Source: Candidatus Peregrinibacteria bacterium GW2011_GWA2_33_10 (lineage in GTDB: Bacteria; Patescibacteriota; Gracilibacteria; UBA1369; GWC2-33-13). Taken from it: 64,000 nt of DNA. The notes under the pieces are model-generated. The model saw nothing but the letters and a program-made list of their open reading frames with translations. It searched no databases and was not told the origin of the DNA. The stretch spans positions 5,202-69,201 of the forward strand of contig LBOO01000007.1 in the NCBI GenBank assembly GCA_000989565.1. Direction: 5' to 3'. This document shows positions 26,436-35,474 of this stretch, in pieces. Made by a program: the position numbers and the translations under genes. The first letter of the stretch is position 1; each line of letters starts with the position of its first letter.

Positions 26436-26592
26436 GGTTACTTCTAAGTATATATTTATTTTTCCCCTTCAAACTCGCTGACGGTTTTACGGATTTAGTA
26501 TTAATTACTTAAGCGAATGCTTTTTGGGATTTATTTGGTTGTACTGCTCGAACAGGTGAAAGGGAAAAATAAATATATACTTAGAAGTGACT
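26436..26592. repeat. 27-bp perfect inverted repeat pair (26440..26466 and 26562..26588) separated by 95 bp, 22 bp downstream of tRNA-Trp
   Basis: ACTTCTAAGTATATATTTATTTTTCCC and its exact reverse complement; pairing extends imperfectly on both sides. Confidence 0.75.
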
Positions 26593-26695
26593 GATGCGAT
26601 GAATATTCTTTTTGGTTTTGAATTGAAATGATTAGTTTTATACTATATAAATTATTTTAGTATGAATTAATTTTTTTAATCACTAATATTTTTTT

Positions 26696-27403
26696 ATGCG
26701 GAAAAATTTAAACAAAGTTAATTGGGGCGTAAGGATTTTTGCTTTTTTGTTTGTGGTTATTTCGATTGCTTTGTTTTATCCGGAATTTTATCAGCAGTTT
26801 AATTGTTATTTGAAAGGGAAGGCGAATATTATTTCGCAGGAATGGCATATTGCGGCTTTAAATATTTTGCTTTTTTTGTTGCTTTTGCTTCCTTTATCTT
26901 TCCGCAAGAAAGCGCGATGGGGGGAATATGGGTTAGTGACGGCTTTTTTTGTTTCTTTGTTTATTGAAATGTATGGTTTTCCTTTGACTATTTATTTTGC
27001 TTCGAGGTATTTTTCGGAGCCTGTGGCTTGTTTGCCTCCTGTTTTAAGTTTTGATTTTTGGGGTGTTTCTTTTGGGATGGAATTGCCTATGATTTTTTCT
27101 ATGATTTTTATTTTTATCGGTACTTTATTAATTGTTTGGGGTTGGATAACTCTTTATCGTAAAAGCAAGAAGAATGATTTTGTGGTTTCGGGAATTTATA
27201 AATATTCAAGACATCCGCAATATTTGGGTTTTTGTATGATTGTATTCGGATGGTTTATTGATTGGCCGACTTTGATTACTGTTATTTTCGCGCCGCTTTT
27301 GATTTATAAATATGTGAAGGTTTGTGTTGTTGAGGAGAGGGAAATTTTGAAAGAGCATCCGGAGTATGGGAAGTATATCGAGAGGGTGCCGTTTTTTATC
27401 TAA
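26696..27403 (+). CDS. ICMT/PEMT-family membrane methyltransferase
   Basis: GIYKYSRHPQYLGF and C-terminal EE..L motif in a multi-TM 235-aa protein. Confidence 0.75.
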   Translation: MRKNLNKVNWGVRIFAFLFVVISIALFYPEFYQQFNCYLKGKANIISQEWHIAALNILLFLLLLLPLSFRKKARWGEYGLVTAFFVSLFIEMYGFPLTIYFASRYFSEPVACLPPVLSFDFWGVSFGMELPMIFSMIFIFIGTLLIVWGWITLYRKSKKNDFVVSGIYKYSRHPQYLGFCMIVFGWFIDWPTLITVIFAPLLIYKYVKVCVVEEREILKEHPEYGKYIERVPFFI

Positions 27404-27408
27404 TAATT

Positions 27409-27519
27409 CACGAAAACCTATTTGGTTTTCGTGGGCTTTCCAGCAAGTGGTTATTTAAAAAAATATTGATCGCTTAGGGCAGCTTTATTTTGATTTCAGT
27501 GCGATCAATATTTTTTTAA
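27409..27519 (+). repeat. composite hairpin element, copy A (internally deleted form)
   Basis: CACGAAAACC-TATTT-GGTTTTCGTG, GGCTTTCCAGCAAGTGGTTATTT, then an 18-bp stem (27456..27473 with 27501..27518); starts 6 nt after the stop at 27401. Confidence 0.75.
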
Positions 27520-27605
27520 ATGCTTTTATTATAGAATTTTTTTGTAAAATTTTTTGATTTTGGGCGTTATTATTATTGTGATTTTACTTTTTTTAATTTT
27601 TATTT

Positions 27606-28547
27606 ATGAAAAAATTGTTAAGTTTGATGGTGTTTTTATTGTTGTTTGTGGGGATTTTTTTGCAAGGGCAATATGTGAATGCCGCGTTTTCTGATGTTTC
27701 CGCTTCGAATCCTTATTATGACGCGATTTTATATTCGCAGGAAAATTCGATTGTTAAAGGATATGAGGATGGTAGTTTTAAGCCGGAAAATAAAATCAAT
27801 AGGGCGGAATTTACAAAGATTATTATTAATAGTGCTTATGGAGATTATAGTGAAGAATGGGTGAGTTGTTATCAACCTTATGCTGAAGATTTAAAGTCGT
27901 GCAATGGTAGTCGTGAATGTTCTCAAGGTGTTTATAATAGTTATACTACTTGTGTAGAGCATATTCAGCCTTGTTATATAGATTATGCGGAAAATGTAAG
28001 AGTTAAATGTACGAATGAGGATGGTATTGTTAATAAAGCTTGCGAGGATGTTTATGAAACTCAGTATAATTCATGTATTAATGGCGAAGATGTTTATGTA
28101 GATTTTATTGCCAATAATCAGGAAGCTTTAAAAGAGTATGAAAAATTTGCATATTATGCGAAATATATTGAGTCTTTAGCTAATGATTATAGTACGTGTT
28201 TTTCAGATATAGATCATTCTAAGTGGTATGCAAAATATGTTTGTTTCGCGAAAGTTAAGAAAATTATTACCGGTTATCCGGATGGAAAATTTTATCCTGA
28301 AAAATCAATCAATTTTGTTGAAGCAGCAAAGATTACGGTAAATGGATTTAACTATGAAGTTACTGAAAATAATAAGATTTGGTATAAGCCTTATGTTAAA
28401 GCTTTAGAAGAAAGAAAATCTATTCCTATGAGTATTTATGCGTTTGCCCAGGAAATTACGCGCGGTGAGTTTGCGGAAATTGTTTATAGGTTGAGGGAGG
28501 GTATTACGGATAAGGATTCTAAAACCTTTGATGAACTGGGGAAATAA
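27606..28547 (+). CDS. secreted S-layer-homology (SLH) domain protein with Cys-rich central region
   Basis: Signal peptide; N-terminal FSDVSASNPYYDAILYSQENSIVKGYEDGSFKPENKINRAEFTKI and C-terminal FSDIDHSKWYAKYV..ITGYPDGKFYPEKSINFVEAAKI SLH repeats. Confidence 0.75.
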   Translation: MKKLLSLMVFLLLFVGIFLQGQYVNAAFSDVSASNPYYDAILYSQENSIVKGYEDGSFKPENKINRAEFTKIIINSAYGDYSEEWVSCYQPYAEDLKSCNGSRECSQGVYNSYTTCVEHIQPCYIDYAENVRVKCTNEDGIVNKACEDVYETQYNSCINGEDVYVDFIANNQEALKEYEKFAYYAKYIESLANDYSTCFSDIDHSKWYAKYVCFAKVKKIITGYPDGKFYPEKSINFVEAAKITVNGFNYEVTENNKIWYKPYVKALEERKSIPMSIYAFAQEITRGEFAEIVYRLREGITDKDSKTFDELGK

Positions 28548-29013
28548 TTCGCTGTTGAAAAGAAGAATTTTGATGAGTTAATTGAGGTTGAAATAAACTT
28601 TCTAATCTTCTTAAAAATAGTGGCAGGTTTTCACTTTCATATTGAGCGTGACGAATACCTTCGTATTGGAGATCATATTTTTTGAAATCTCTTCTGACTT
28701 TTCGGTTATTGTGGCATGTGGTTAATATTTTTCTGGTTCCTATTTGATGTTCAAGTTCAGCTATTTTTAAAATATGAATAATTTTTTTTCTAATGCCTGT
28801 AATGCAATCGAAAAAAACCATTACTGCTTTTTCCCCTTCTAATAACTCATTTATTCTTTTGCTAAAATTTTCTTGAATTTCAGTAACATTTTTTTTAGTC
28901 ATTATAAATGTTTCTACTATATCGGCTATGTGTTGAGCTTCAACAAAATCTCTTATAAGTTCTGCTCGAGGTTCGTGGGCATCAGTGATTATGATATTAT
29001 CTAGTATTGGCAT
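28519..29013 (-). CDS. hypothetical protein (164 aa); weak resemblance to a degenerate receiver-like fold
   Basis: ORF only; IIITDAHEP and VMVFFDCITG are loosely REC-like; 3-prime end overlaps the convergent SLH gene by 29 nt. Confidence 0.35.
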   Translation of the reverse strand: MPILDNIIITDAHEPRAELIRDFVEAQHIADIVETFIMTKKNVTEIQENFSKRINELLEGEKAVMVFFDCITGIRKKIIHILKIAELEHQIGTRKILTTCHNNRKVRRDFKKYDLQYEGIRHAQYESENLPLFLRRLESLFQPQLTHQNSSFQQRIISPVHQRF

Positions 29014-29098
29014 TAAGGTTTTTTATATAGTTCGGCTTCTTTTTATAAATATAAATTTGAAAAATGTCAAATTACTGAGTTGATTTTTTTGCGGTTTT

Positions 29099-30634
29099 AT
29101 GTTTTTAATTCTTGGCAAGTTAATTTTTCAAATGGAAAATGATGTTATTATTAAAAATTTGCCTACTATAAAAAATTTAATTACAGATTGTTCAGAGGAA
29201 AAAATAATTTATCATGTGGACTTAATTGAATCTGAAATTAAAAATTTGGCAAGCCAAAATACAGAAAAACCAGATACAAATATTTTAAATTTAAACAGTC
29301 TTATAGATTCTGGTGAAAGATATATTTTTTTATCTCAGCTTATTGGTCCACCTAAAAAAATATGGGAAGTTCCTAAAAGAGATGGATCGAAAGCGGTTAT
29401 AGGTAAATGGACAGAATATGACCCTGACGATGTTTTTGATAATATGACTGAAAGGTATTGTCAAGAATATAATGGGGACTCAACTCTTGCTTTTAGATTA
29501 GCTGAAGAAATTGTTCAAAAGAGAGAACAGACGAAGCAAAAAGTTAATAGAATACAAAATTCAATAATTTTAAAATCCACAACTAAGGAAGACAAAAATA
29601 TTCTAATAAATAGCAAAAGTGAAATAGTTTCATTACAAGAAATTTTTCAGGAAATGCGGTCTCGTTTTAATTTGGAAAAAACTTTTGTAGCTACTGATTT
29701 AGATAAGACAGCTTTTAAGCAAGATTTTGGAAAAACCTTTTTTATTGAATTAATGATGAATTCCAATTTTTACTTAAAAACCCCTGAAGAATTTGGAGAA
29801 ATACTTTTAAATTTTCAAACTCGCTCTTATATGGAAAGTAGATTGAAAGAAGATAATAAAGAATTTTTAAACTATTTATATGATAGAATAATGGGACTTT
29901 ATAAAAAATTATATAAACAATCACATTGTATAAACCTTAGTAATAGTTTAAGAGAATTTATTATGTATATGTTTGAAATAGATAATTTTATGAAAAATTT
30001 TAGAAGAGATGAAATAGAAGAAATTAATATTGGAAATTTTATGAGGACGCGTTTTTTTACTGGAATTAAAGAGAAGGATGTTGACGACATTGCATATAAA
30101 CAAGCAAAAAAAAATAAAATTTGTTACCTTAGATCCAATTTGGGCAGTGATTGTGTTGCTATAGATTCTATGGGAATAGAATCAATTCCACAGATGGAGA
30201 ATATATATAGAATGGTTTATGAAGAAGGATCAAAAGTTTTTGTTATAACTGCAAATGTATCTGCTGTAGCTAAGTCGGCAATAAAGTATAGTTCAATTAG
30301 TCATATAGTTAAGCCAGATCAAATAAGATCAACAATTCAAATGGAAAACGAAAAAAAAGAATTTATGACAGAAATAAACGGAGCCAGATTGAAAGGTAGA
30401 AAAAAAGAGGAAATGGTTCAAAAAATTATTTCTGAAACAAAAAGAAATTTGCTGCTAGTATGTGGAGACAATCTGGAATCTGATGGATACATGGGGATAA
30501 AAGCATTGAAAGATGGAGCGTATTTTATTATGCCTACAAAAAATTATTCACACTCAATTTTTTCATTTGAAAAATTTTTAAATAGGCAACAAAATAATTG
30601 CAATGTAGATAATCTATTTTTCGCTTTTTATTGA
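29099..30634 (+). CDS. HAD-superfamily (subfamily IB-like) hydrolase with a ~190-aa N-terminal extension
   Basis: Motif I FVATDLDKT, motif II VFVITAN, motif III/IV K...VCGDNLESD; start could also be ATG 29132. Confidence 0.55.
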   Translation: MFLILGKLIFQMENDVIIKNLPTIKNLITDCSEEKIIYHVDLIESEIKNLASQNTEKPDTNILNLNSLIDSGERYIFLSQLIGPPKKIWEVPKRDGSKAVIGKWTEYDPDDVFDNMTERYCQEYNGDSTLAFRLAEEIVQKREQTKQKVNRIQNSIILKSTTKEDKNILINSKSEIVSLQEIFQEMRSRFNLEKTFVATDLDKTAFKQDFGKTFFIELMMNSNFYLKTPEEFGEILLNFQTRSYMESRLKEDNKEFLNYLYDRIMGLYKKLYKQSHCINLSNSLREFIMYMFEIDNFMKNFRRDEIEEINIGNFMRTRFFTGIKEKDVDDIAYKQAKKNKICYLRSNLGSDCVAIDSMGIESIPQMENIYRMVYEEGSKVFVITANVSAVAKSAIKYSSISHIVKPDQIRSTIQMENEKKEFMTEINGARLKGRKKEEMVQKIISETKRNLLLVCGDNLESDGYMGIKALKDGAYFIMPTKNYSHSIFSFEKFLNRQQNNCNVDNLFFAFY

Positions 30635-30701
30635 TTAAATCATTGCATTCTACAATTTGATTAATTATTATTCGAATTTGTGTTTTTTTAAGTAGAAAAC
30701 T

Positions 30702-30885
30702 ATGTTTGAACAAATTGTGGAGAAATTTAAAGGGATAAATGAGATTAAATTGGTTTATTTGTTTGGTTCAAGGGCGAGCGGAAAATCGGGGCAAATGAGT
30801 GATTATAATTTTGTTTTTTTTGGATGAGCAAGATAGGAAAAAGAGATTTGAGTTGAAAATTGATTTACGAAGTGGAGCCTTTTAA
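30702..30885 (+). pseudogene. minimal nucleotidyltransferase (MNT-type antitoxin-like) remnant, frameshifted in a T8 run and truncated
   Basis: MFEQIVEKFKGINEIKLVYLFGSRASGKSGQMSDYNFVFF. The frame shifts at T8, then LDEQDRKKRFELKIDLRSGAF-stop. The G[SG]x9-12-DxD NTase core is present but the C-terminal part is missing. Confidence 0.6.
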
Positions 30886-30919
30886 AACGATTTGTTGATT
30901 TAATCAAAAATAAGGTAAT

Positions 30920-31381
30920 TTAAATCTTTTTCGCCAATGCATGAAGCACATTTGTTCTTGAGATAATTCCGATCAGTTTTTTCCCTTTTAATACAGGAAT
31001 TGATTTTTGGTTTTGTTCGTGCATTATGGTGATTATTTCGAAAAGGGTGGAATTTTCTTTGAGGGTGATTATGTCTTTATTCATGATGTCTTTTGTTTTG
31101 TAGGCGAGGATTTTTTTGAGTCCTGTATTGAATTCATTCGTATCTTCCAAATAAATTACGCTTCCAAGTATTGTCATTGCGGCAGGCGCATGAGGATTTA
31201 ATTCATGTAAAGCCAAATCATCTTCCGTGATTAATCCTAAAAAATTTTTGTTTTTATTTATTACCGGCATGGAAGTGATTTTCTTTTTATCCATTAATTT
31301 TATGGTCTGTTCGATTGTTTCGTTGTCGTAAACCGTTAATGGATTTTTTGTCATTATTTTGGAGGCGGTGAGTGTTTGCAT
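30920..31381 (-). CDS. CBS-domain pair protein
   Basis: Two CBS repeats (IMTKNPLTV...MPVINKNKNFLGLITEDDL and IMNKDIITL...IPVLKGKKLIGIISRTNVL). Confidence 0.8.
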   Translation of the reverse strand: MQTLTASKIMTKNPLTVYDNETIEQTIKLMDKKKITSMPVINKNKNFLGLITEDDLALHELNPHAPAAMTILGSVIYLEDTNEFNTGLKKILAYKTKDIMNKDIITLKENSTLFEIITIMHEQNQKSIPVLKGKKLIGIISRTNVLHALAKKI

Positions 31382-31401
31382 GGGGCATGGTTACGGAATA
31401 T

Positions 31402-32544
31402 TTATTTTTTGTCAGGGGGGATATTGTAATAATCATACAGGAAAGATCCGATTTCGGAAAATAGAGGGGCGGCGGTGTTGGAGCCCCATTCATCAGTGCG
31501 GGGGCGGTCGATTATGACCAAAATTACAAATTTCGGATCATCAATGGGTCCGAAACCGGCGAAAGAGGCGACTGTGGTTCCAACTCCCGACATAGCTTTT
31601 CCGTTTTTATATGTTTGGGAAGTTCCTGATTTTCCGGCGATGTAATGTGTGGCTATTTTTGCTTTTGGGGCTACGCCTTTTTCCACTACAGGCACCATCA
31701 TGTAAGTTAAAATATCCGAGGTTTCTTTTTTGATTACTTGGCGGATTACTTTCGGCTCTGTGTAAATTATTTCGCCATTTTCTTTGACTATTTTATCAAT
31801 TATATGCGGTTGCATTAGAGTCCCTCCGTTCGCGAGGGCGCCGAGGGCGGATATAAGCTGGATTGGTGTTACCGCGATTCCTTGTCCGAATCCGTGAGTT
31901 ATTAATTCACTTTGAGACCATTTTTCAAAATATTCAATTTGGCCGCGGTTTTCATCGTCGAATTCAATGTCGGTTTTTTCTTCAAATCCAAAATTTTTGA
32001 TGTAGCTATATAATAGATTTCTCCCCATTTTTTGAGTAATTTCACTTATTCCGATATTTGACGAGTACATCAAAACTTCGGTCATATTTAAACGGCCTCG
32101 ATATTTATCCTGAGAATTTCTTATAGGGAAGTCACAAACCTCTTTTCCTGTGAGTTTGTCCGTATGGCAATCAACCTGAATAGGACCGGATTCAAAAATA
32201 GTGGTTTCGGGTTTTACATCATTATCATTTAAAGCTGAAGCCATTGTTATAACTTTGAATACAGATCCGGGTTCATAGATGTCGCTTACCGCTCTGTTTT
32301 TAAAAACAAAGGCACCGACTTTGTTTTTATACATTTTATAAACTTTTTTTCCTTGTTCATCCTCTTCTTTAAATATTTCTATTTTTTCATGTTTATCTCT
32401 GTCGATATATAAAACAAAATGTTTGGGATCTTTTGTTTCTTCCAGAGGTATTAAACGGTTTATTTCCTCTTCGGTTAAGTTAATTTCTTTTTTACTTAAT
32501 GCTTCGCCATAATCATTCGGATTAAAGGTTGGATAATAAGCCAT
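31402..32544 (-). CDS. penicillin-binding protein 2/FtsI-type transpeptidase domain (C-terminal part of a split gene)
   Basis: SVFK (SxxK), SSNIG (SxN), KSGTSQ (KSG). The frame stays open upstream of the ATG to 32603 and reads QSRADNGQVIILDPKTFRIIA. Confidence 0.8.
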   Translation of the reverse strand: MAYYPTFNPNDYGEALSKKEINLTEEEINRLIPLEETKDPKHFVLYIDRDKHEKIEIFKEEDEQGKKVYKMYKNKVGAFVFKNRAVSDIYEPGSVFKVITMASALNDNDVKPETTIFESGPIQVDCHTDKLTGKEVCDFPIRNSQDKYRGRLNMTEVLMYSSNIGISEITQKMGRNLLYSYIKNFGFEEKTDIEFDDENRGQIEYFEKWSQSELITHGFGQGIAVTPIQLISALGALANGGTLMQPHIIDKIVKENGEIIYTEPKVIRQVIKKETSDILTYMMVPVVEKGVAPKAKIATHYIAGKSGTSQTYKNGKAMSGVGTTVASFAGFGPIDDPKFVILVIIDRPRTDEWGSNTAAPLFSEIGSFLYDYYNIPPDKK

Positions 32545-32599
32545 GGCAATGATACGGAAAGTTTTGGGGTCGAGAATAATAACTTGCCCATTGTCAGCC

Positions 32600-33568
32600 C
32601 TAGACTGTTAATTGATTGCCGTGAACATCGGTTTGGGAACTGAATATTCCGTTTTTGCCTTGAAGTTTTGAATTGAATGCACCTTCAATTCCATATTGAC
32701 CCACGCTTTGATGGTCGACAAATCCCAATATTTGAGATGCCAATTGTTTTTCCGGATATAGGCGGTAATATTTTTCTTGAATACCGATGCCTCGAAAGTT
32801 TTTATAATCTTCTTGAATAAAATTTTGGATTTGTTCAGTGATTTCAGGTTCAACTTTTGTTTGAAGAATCACGTATCTGTTTTTGCCAACCAATATCCTT
32901 TCCAAATCTTCTTTGGTTATATCAATGAATTCGCTTAAGAATTGGGCTATTTCGGTTCTTGAGTCAGCATTCATTTCTCCGGGTTTGGCATAAAGATTAT
33001 TTTTTTGGATAAATATGCCGGGGAGTTGGGCTTTTTCGATTATATTTACAACTTTATCATTTAAATGTTCGTAAAGAAGAATTTGCTCTCTGATTTCCAA
33101 ACTGATTTTTTCTTTGAGGCGTTTTTCAAAGTCTATTTTAAGTTCTTCTTCGCTTAAATATTTGATTTTTTGTCTTTCTTCTTCTGTTTTAGCTGTTTGT
33201 AAATCTTTTTTAACACGTATTTCATCATATTGTTTTTCTTCTTCCAAATTAAAAAGCAGGGGAGCCAGAGAGGAAGCAACTTTTTCTTTGTTTTTTAAAA
33301 GCGTGGGATCCGCGTAGATTGTATAAAATGTAGTGTTTGTCGCTAATTTGAAATTTTCTCCGGTTTCTTTGTTTTCAATTACAATATTTCCCCGCCTTGC
33401 AGGCAGTTCAATATATCCAAAATGTTCTTTTTGGGCAATTGCGTAATAGTATTCGTGTTTTATAATTTGGAGATAGAAAAGCTTGAATATTATTATAAAA
33501 CAGATAATCAGTAAAATGAGTTGTAAAAAACGTATTCTTTGCGGATTGTCGGAATAACTTTTTAACAT
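32600..33568 (-). CDS. penicillin-binding protein 2/FtsI-type N-terminal (membrane anchor plus dimerisation) part of a split gene
   Basis: TM anchor LILLIICFIIIFKLFYL, then RRGNIVIENKETGENFKLATN and ILGFVDHQSVGQYGIEGAFNSKLQG, typical of the PBP dimer domain; ends in TAG at 32600. Confidence 0.7.
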   Translation of the reverse strand: MLKSYSDNPQRIRFLQLILLIICFIIIFKLFYLQIIKHEYYYAIAQKEHFGYIELPARRGNIVIENKETGENFKLATNTTFYTIYADPTLLKNKEKVASSLAPLLFNLEEEKQYDEIRVKKDLQTAKTEEERQKIKYLSEEELKIDFEKRLKEKISLEIREQILLYEHLNDKVVNIIEKAQLPGIFIQKNNLYAKPGEMNADSRTEIAQFLSEFIDITKEDLERILVGKNRYVILQTKVEPEITEQIQNFIQEDYKNFRGIGIQEKYYRLYPEKQLASQILGFVDHQSVGQYGIEGAFNSKLQGKNGIFSSQTDVHGNQLTV

Positions 33569-33708
33569 TTTTTTACACTTTATTTCTTTAGTATATTAAT
33601 TTATACGGGATTTTGAAGGGCGAAGGCAAGAGGAAAGTTTCTCACTCTAGACTCTTTTTCTACTTTGTGGTAATTTTTGTACTCGAATTAGTTATTAAAT
33701 AATAATTT

Positions 33709-34980
33709 ATGCATAGAAAAACCGTATTTGAGAATGGTTTAAGAGTGATTACACAGGAAATTCCAAGCACCAGCGCAGTAACAGTTTTAGTTTTGGCAGG
33801 GGCCGGATCACGCTATGAAACCAAGGAAATAAATGGCATTTCGCATTTTTTGGAACATATGTTCTTTAAAGGAGCGAAGAAGTATCCTGATGCCAAATCC
33901 GTATCCGCGGCAATTGATGCTGTGGGAGGTGATTTTAATGCTTTTACCGGTAAAGAATATGCGGGATATTATGTTAAAGTTGCGGAAAAGAATAAAAATA
34001 CCGCTTTGGATGTACTTTCCGATATGCTTTTATATTCCAAATTTGATAATACTGAAATTGATAAAGAGAGAAGGGTTATTTTGGAAGAATATAATATGTA
34101 TCAGGATACGCCGATGTATCAAGTTGGATGGGATTTTGAAAAATTGCTTTTCGGGGATCAGCCTTTAGGGTGGGATCAAGTAGGGAGTAAAGAATTTATT
34201 TTGAATGCTCATCATGAAGATTTTTCCAATTATAAAAACAGTTTATATTCTGCGGATAACATTGTTGTGGTTATTTCAGGCAAAGTTGATCATGATAAAA
34301 TAATTCCGGATATAGAAAAATATTTCGCTTTTAATAATTCAAAAAAGGATTTTGAATATAAAAAATATAAAATCTCTGAAAATACAAATAATGTATTGGT
34401 TCAAAATAAAAGCACTGAGCAGGGGCACTTAGTTTTAGGTTTTCCGGCTTATTCTGAACAACATGCGGATCATTATGCTTTAAAAGTTTTGAGTGTTATT
34501 TTAGGCGGGAATATGAGCTCGCGCATGTTTAGCGCAATTCGGGAGAAAAAGGGTTTAACTTATTATATTCATACTTCGACTGATGATTATCAGGATATTG
34601 GTGTTATTTCCACGAATGCCGGTGTGGATGTTAAAAGAATCGAGGAAGCTGTCAGCTCTATAATTCATGAATATGCCTTGATCAAGAAAGAAGGAGTACC
34701 TGAAGATGAGCTTAAAAAAGCAAAAGATTTTATAAAAGGCAAGATGACTTTGAGGCTGGAAGATAGTGAGGAATTCGCTCATTTGTTAGGCAAACAAGAG
34801 CTTTTGCACAATAAAATTCGTACTCCTTCGGAAATTATGAAAGAAATTGATAAAGTTACGAAAGAGGATATTTTAAGGATTTGCAGAGATTTGTTTGTTC
34901 AGGAAAAAATGAAATTAGCTGTAATCGGTCCTTTTGGCAATGGAGAAAATTTGAAAAATTTGATGGAAGTAAAATTTTAA
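33709..34980 (+). CDS. M16 (pitrilysin/insulinase) family zinc peptidase
   Basis: HFLEHMFFKG (HxxEH) and downstream E; 423 aa. Confidence 0.85.
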   Translation: MHRKTVFENGLRVITQEIPSTSAVTVLVLAGAGSRYETKEINGISHFLEHMFFKGAKKYPDAKSVSAAIDAVGGDFNAFTGKEYAGYYVKVAEKNKNTALDVLSDMLLYSKFDNTEIDKERRVILEEYNMYQDTPMYQVGWDFEKLLFGDQPLGWDQVGSKEFILNAHHEDFSNYKNSLYSADNIVVVISGKVDHDKIIPDIEKYFAFNNSKKDFEYKKYKISENTNNVLVQNKSTEQGHLVLGFPAYSEQHADHYALKVLSVILGGNMSSRMFSAIREKKGLTYYIHTSTDDYQDIGVISTNAGVDVKRIEEAVSSIIHEYALIKKEGVPEDELKKAKDFIKGKMTLRLEDSEEFAHLLGKQELLHNKIRTPSEIMKEIDKVTKEDILRICRDLFVQEKMKLAVIGPFGNGENLKNLMEVKF

Positions 34981-35006
34981 ATTATTTTTTATTTAACGTA
35001 TTTTTT

Positions 35007-35468
35007 ATGGAAAGAACTTTAATTTTAGTTAAACCTGACGCGATTCAAAGAGGTTTAATCGGTAAAATCATTGAAAGGTTTGAACGAAAAGGTTTGAAGA
35101 TTATTGGAATGAAAATGATGAGTTTGGATGATGCGATTGTGAAGGAACATTACGCGCATTTGGCTGATAAGCCTTTTTTTGCGGGATTGAGTAAATTTAT
35201 GAGAAGCTCACCGATTATTGCTTTGTCTATTGAGGGCGTGGAAGTTGTTAATGCTGTTAGATTGTTATGTGGCATTACTAAATCCAGAGCCGCAGAAGCA
35301 GGTTCAATTCGCGGTGATTATGCGATGAGTGTTTCTTGTAATGTTGTGCACGCGTCAGATAGTGTTGAAAATGCGGAAATGGAAGTGAAAAGATTTTTTA
35401 GAGAAGAAGAATTATTCAGTTATGAAAAAAGTGAGTATATGCATGTGTATGCGGAGGATGAAAGGTAA
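35007..35468 (+). CDS. ndk: nucleoside-diphosphate kinase
   Basis: MERTLILVKPDAIQRGLIGKIIERFERKGLKI, NVVHASDS active-site His region; ATG 35007 rather than the overlapping 34881 start. Confidence 0.9.
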   Translation: MERTLILVKPDAIQRGLIGKIIERFERKGLKIIGMKMMSLDDAIVKEHYAHLADKPFFAGLSKFMRSSPIIALSIEGVEVVNAVRLLCGITKSRAAEAGSIRGDYAMSVSCNVVHASDSVENAEMEVKRFFREEELFSYEKSEYMHVYAEDER

Positions 35469-35474
35469 TTCAAT

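Noticed and set aside
32590-32620. Programmed +1 frameshift joining the two PBP2 ORFs
   Set aside because: The only possible shift site (ACA GTC TAG) has no slippery sequence allowing P-site tRNA re-pairing. There is no upstream SD-like stimulator of the prfB type.
34881-35006. N-terminal extension of ndk overlapping the end of the M16 peptidase gene
   Set aside because: Ndk homology starts at MERTLILVKPD (ATG 35007). The upstream 42 codons overlap the preceding gene and have no homology.
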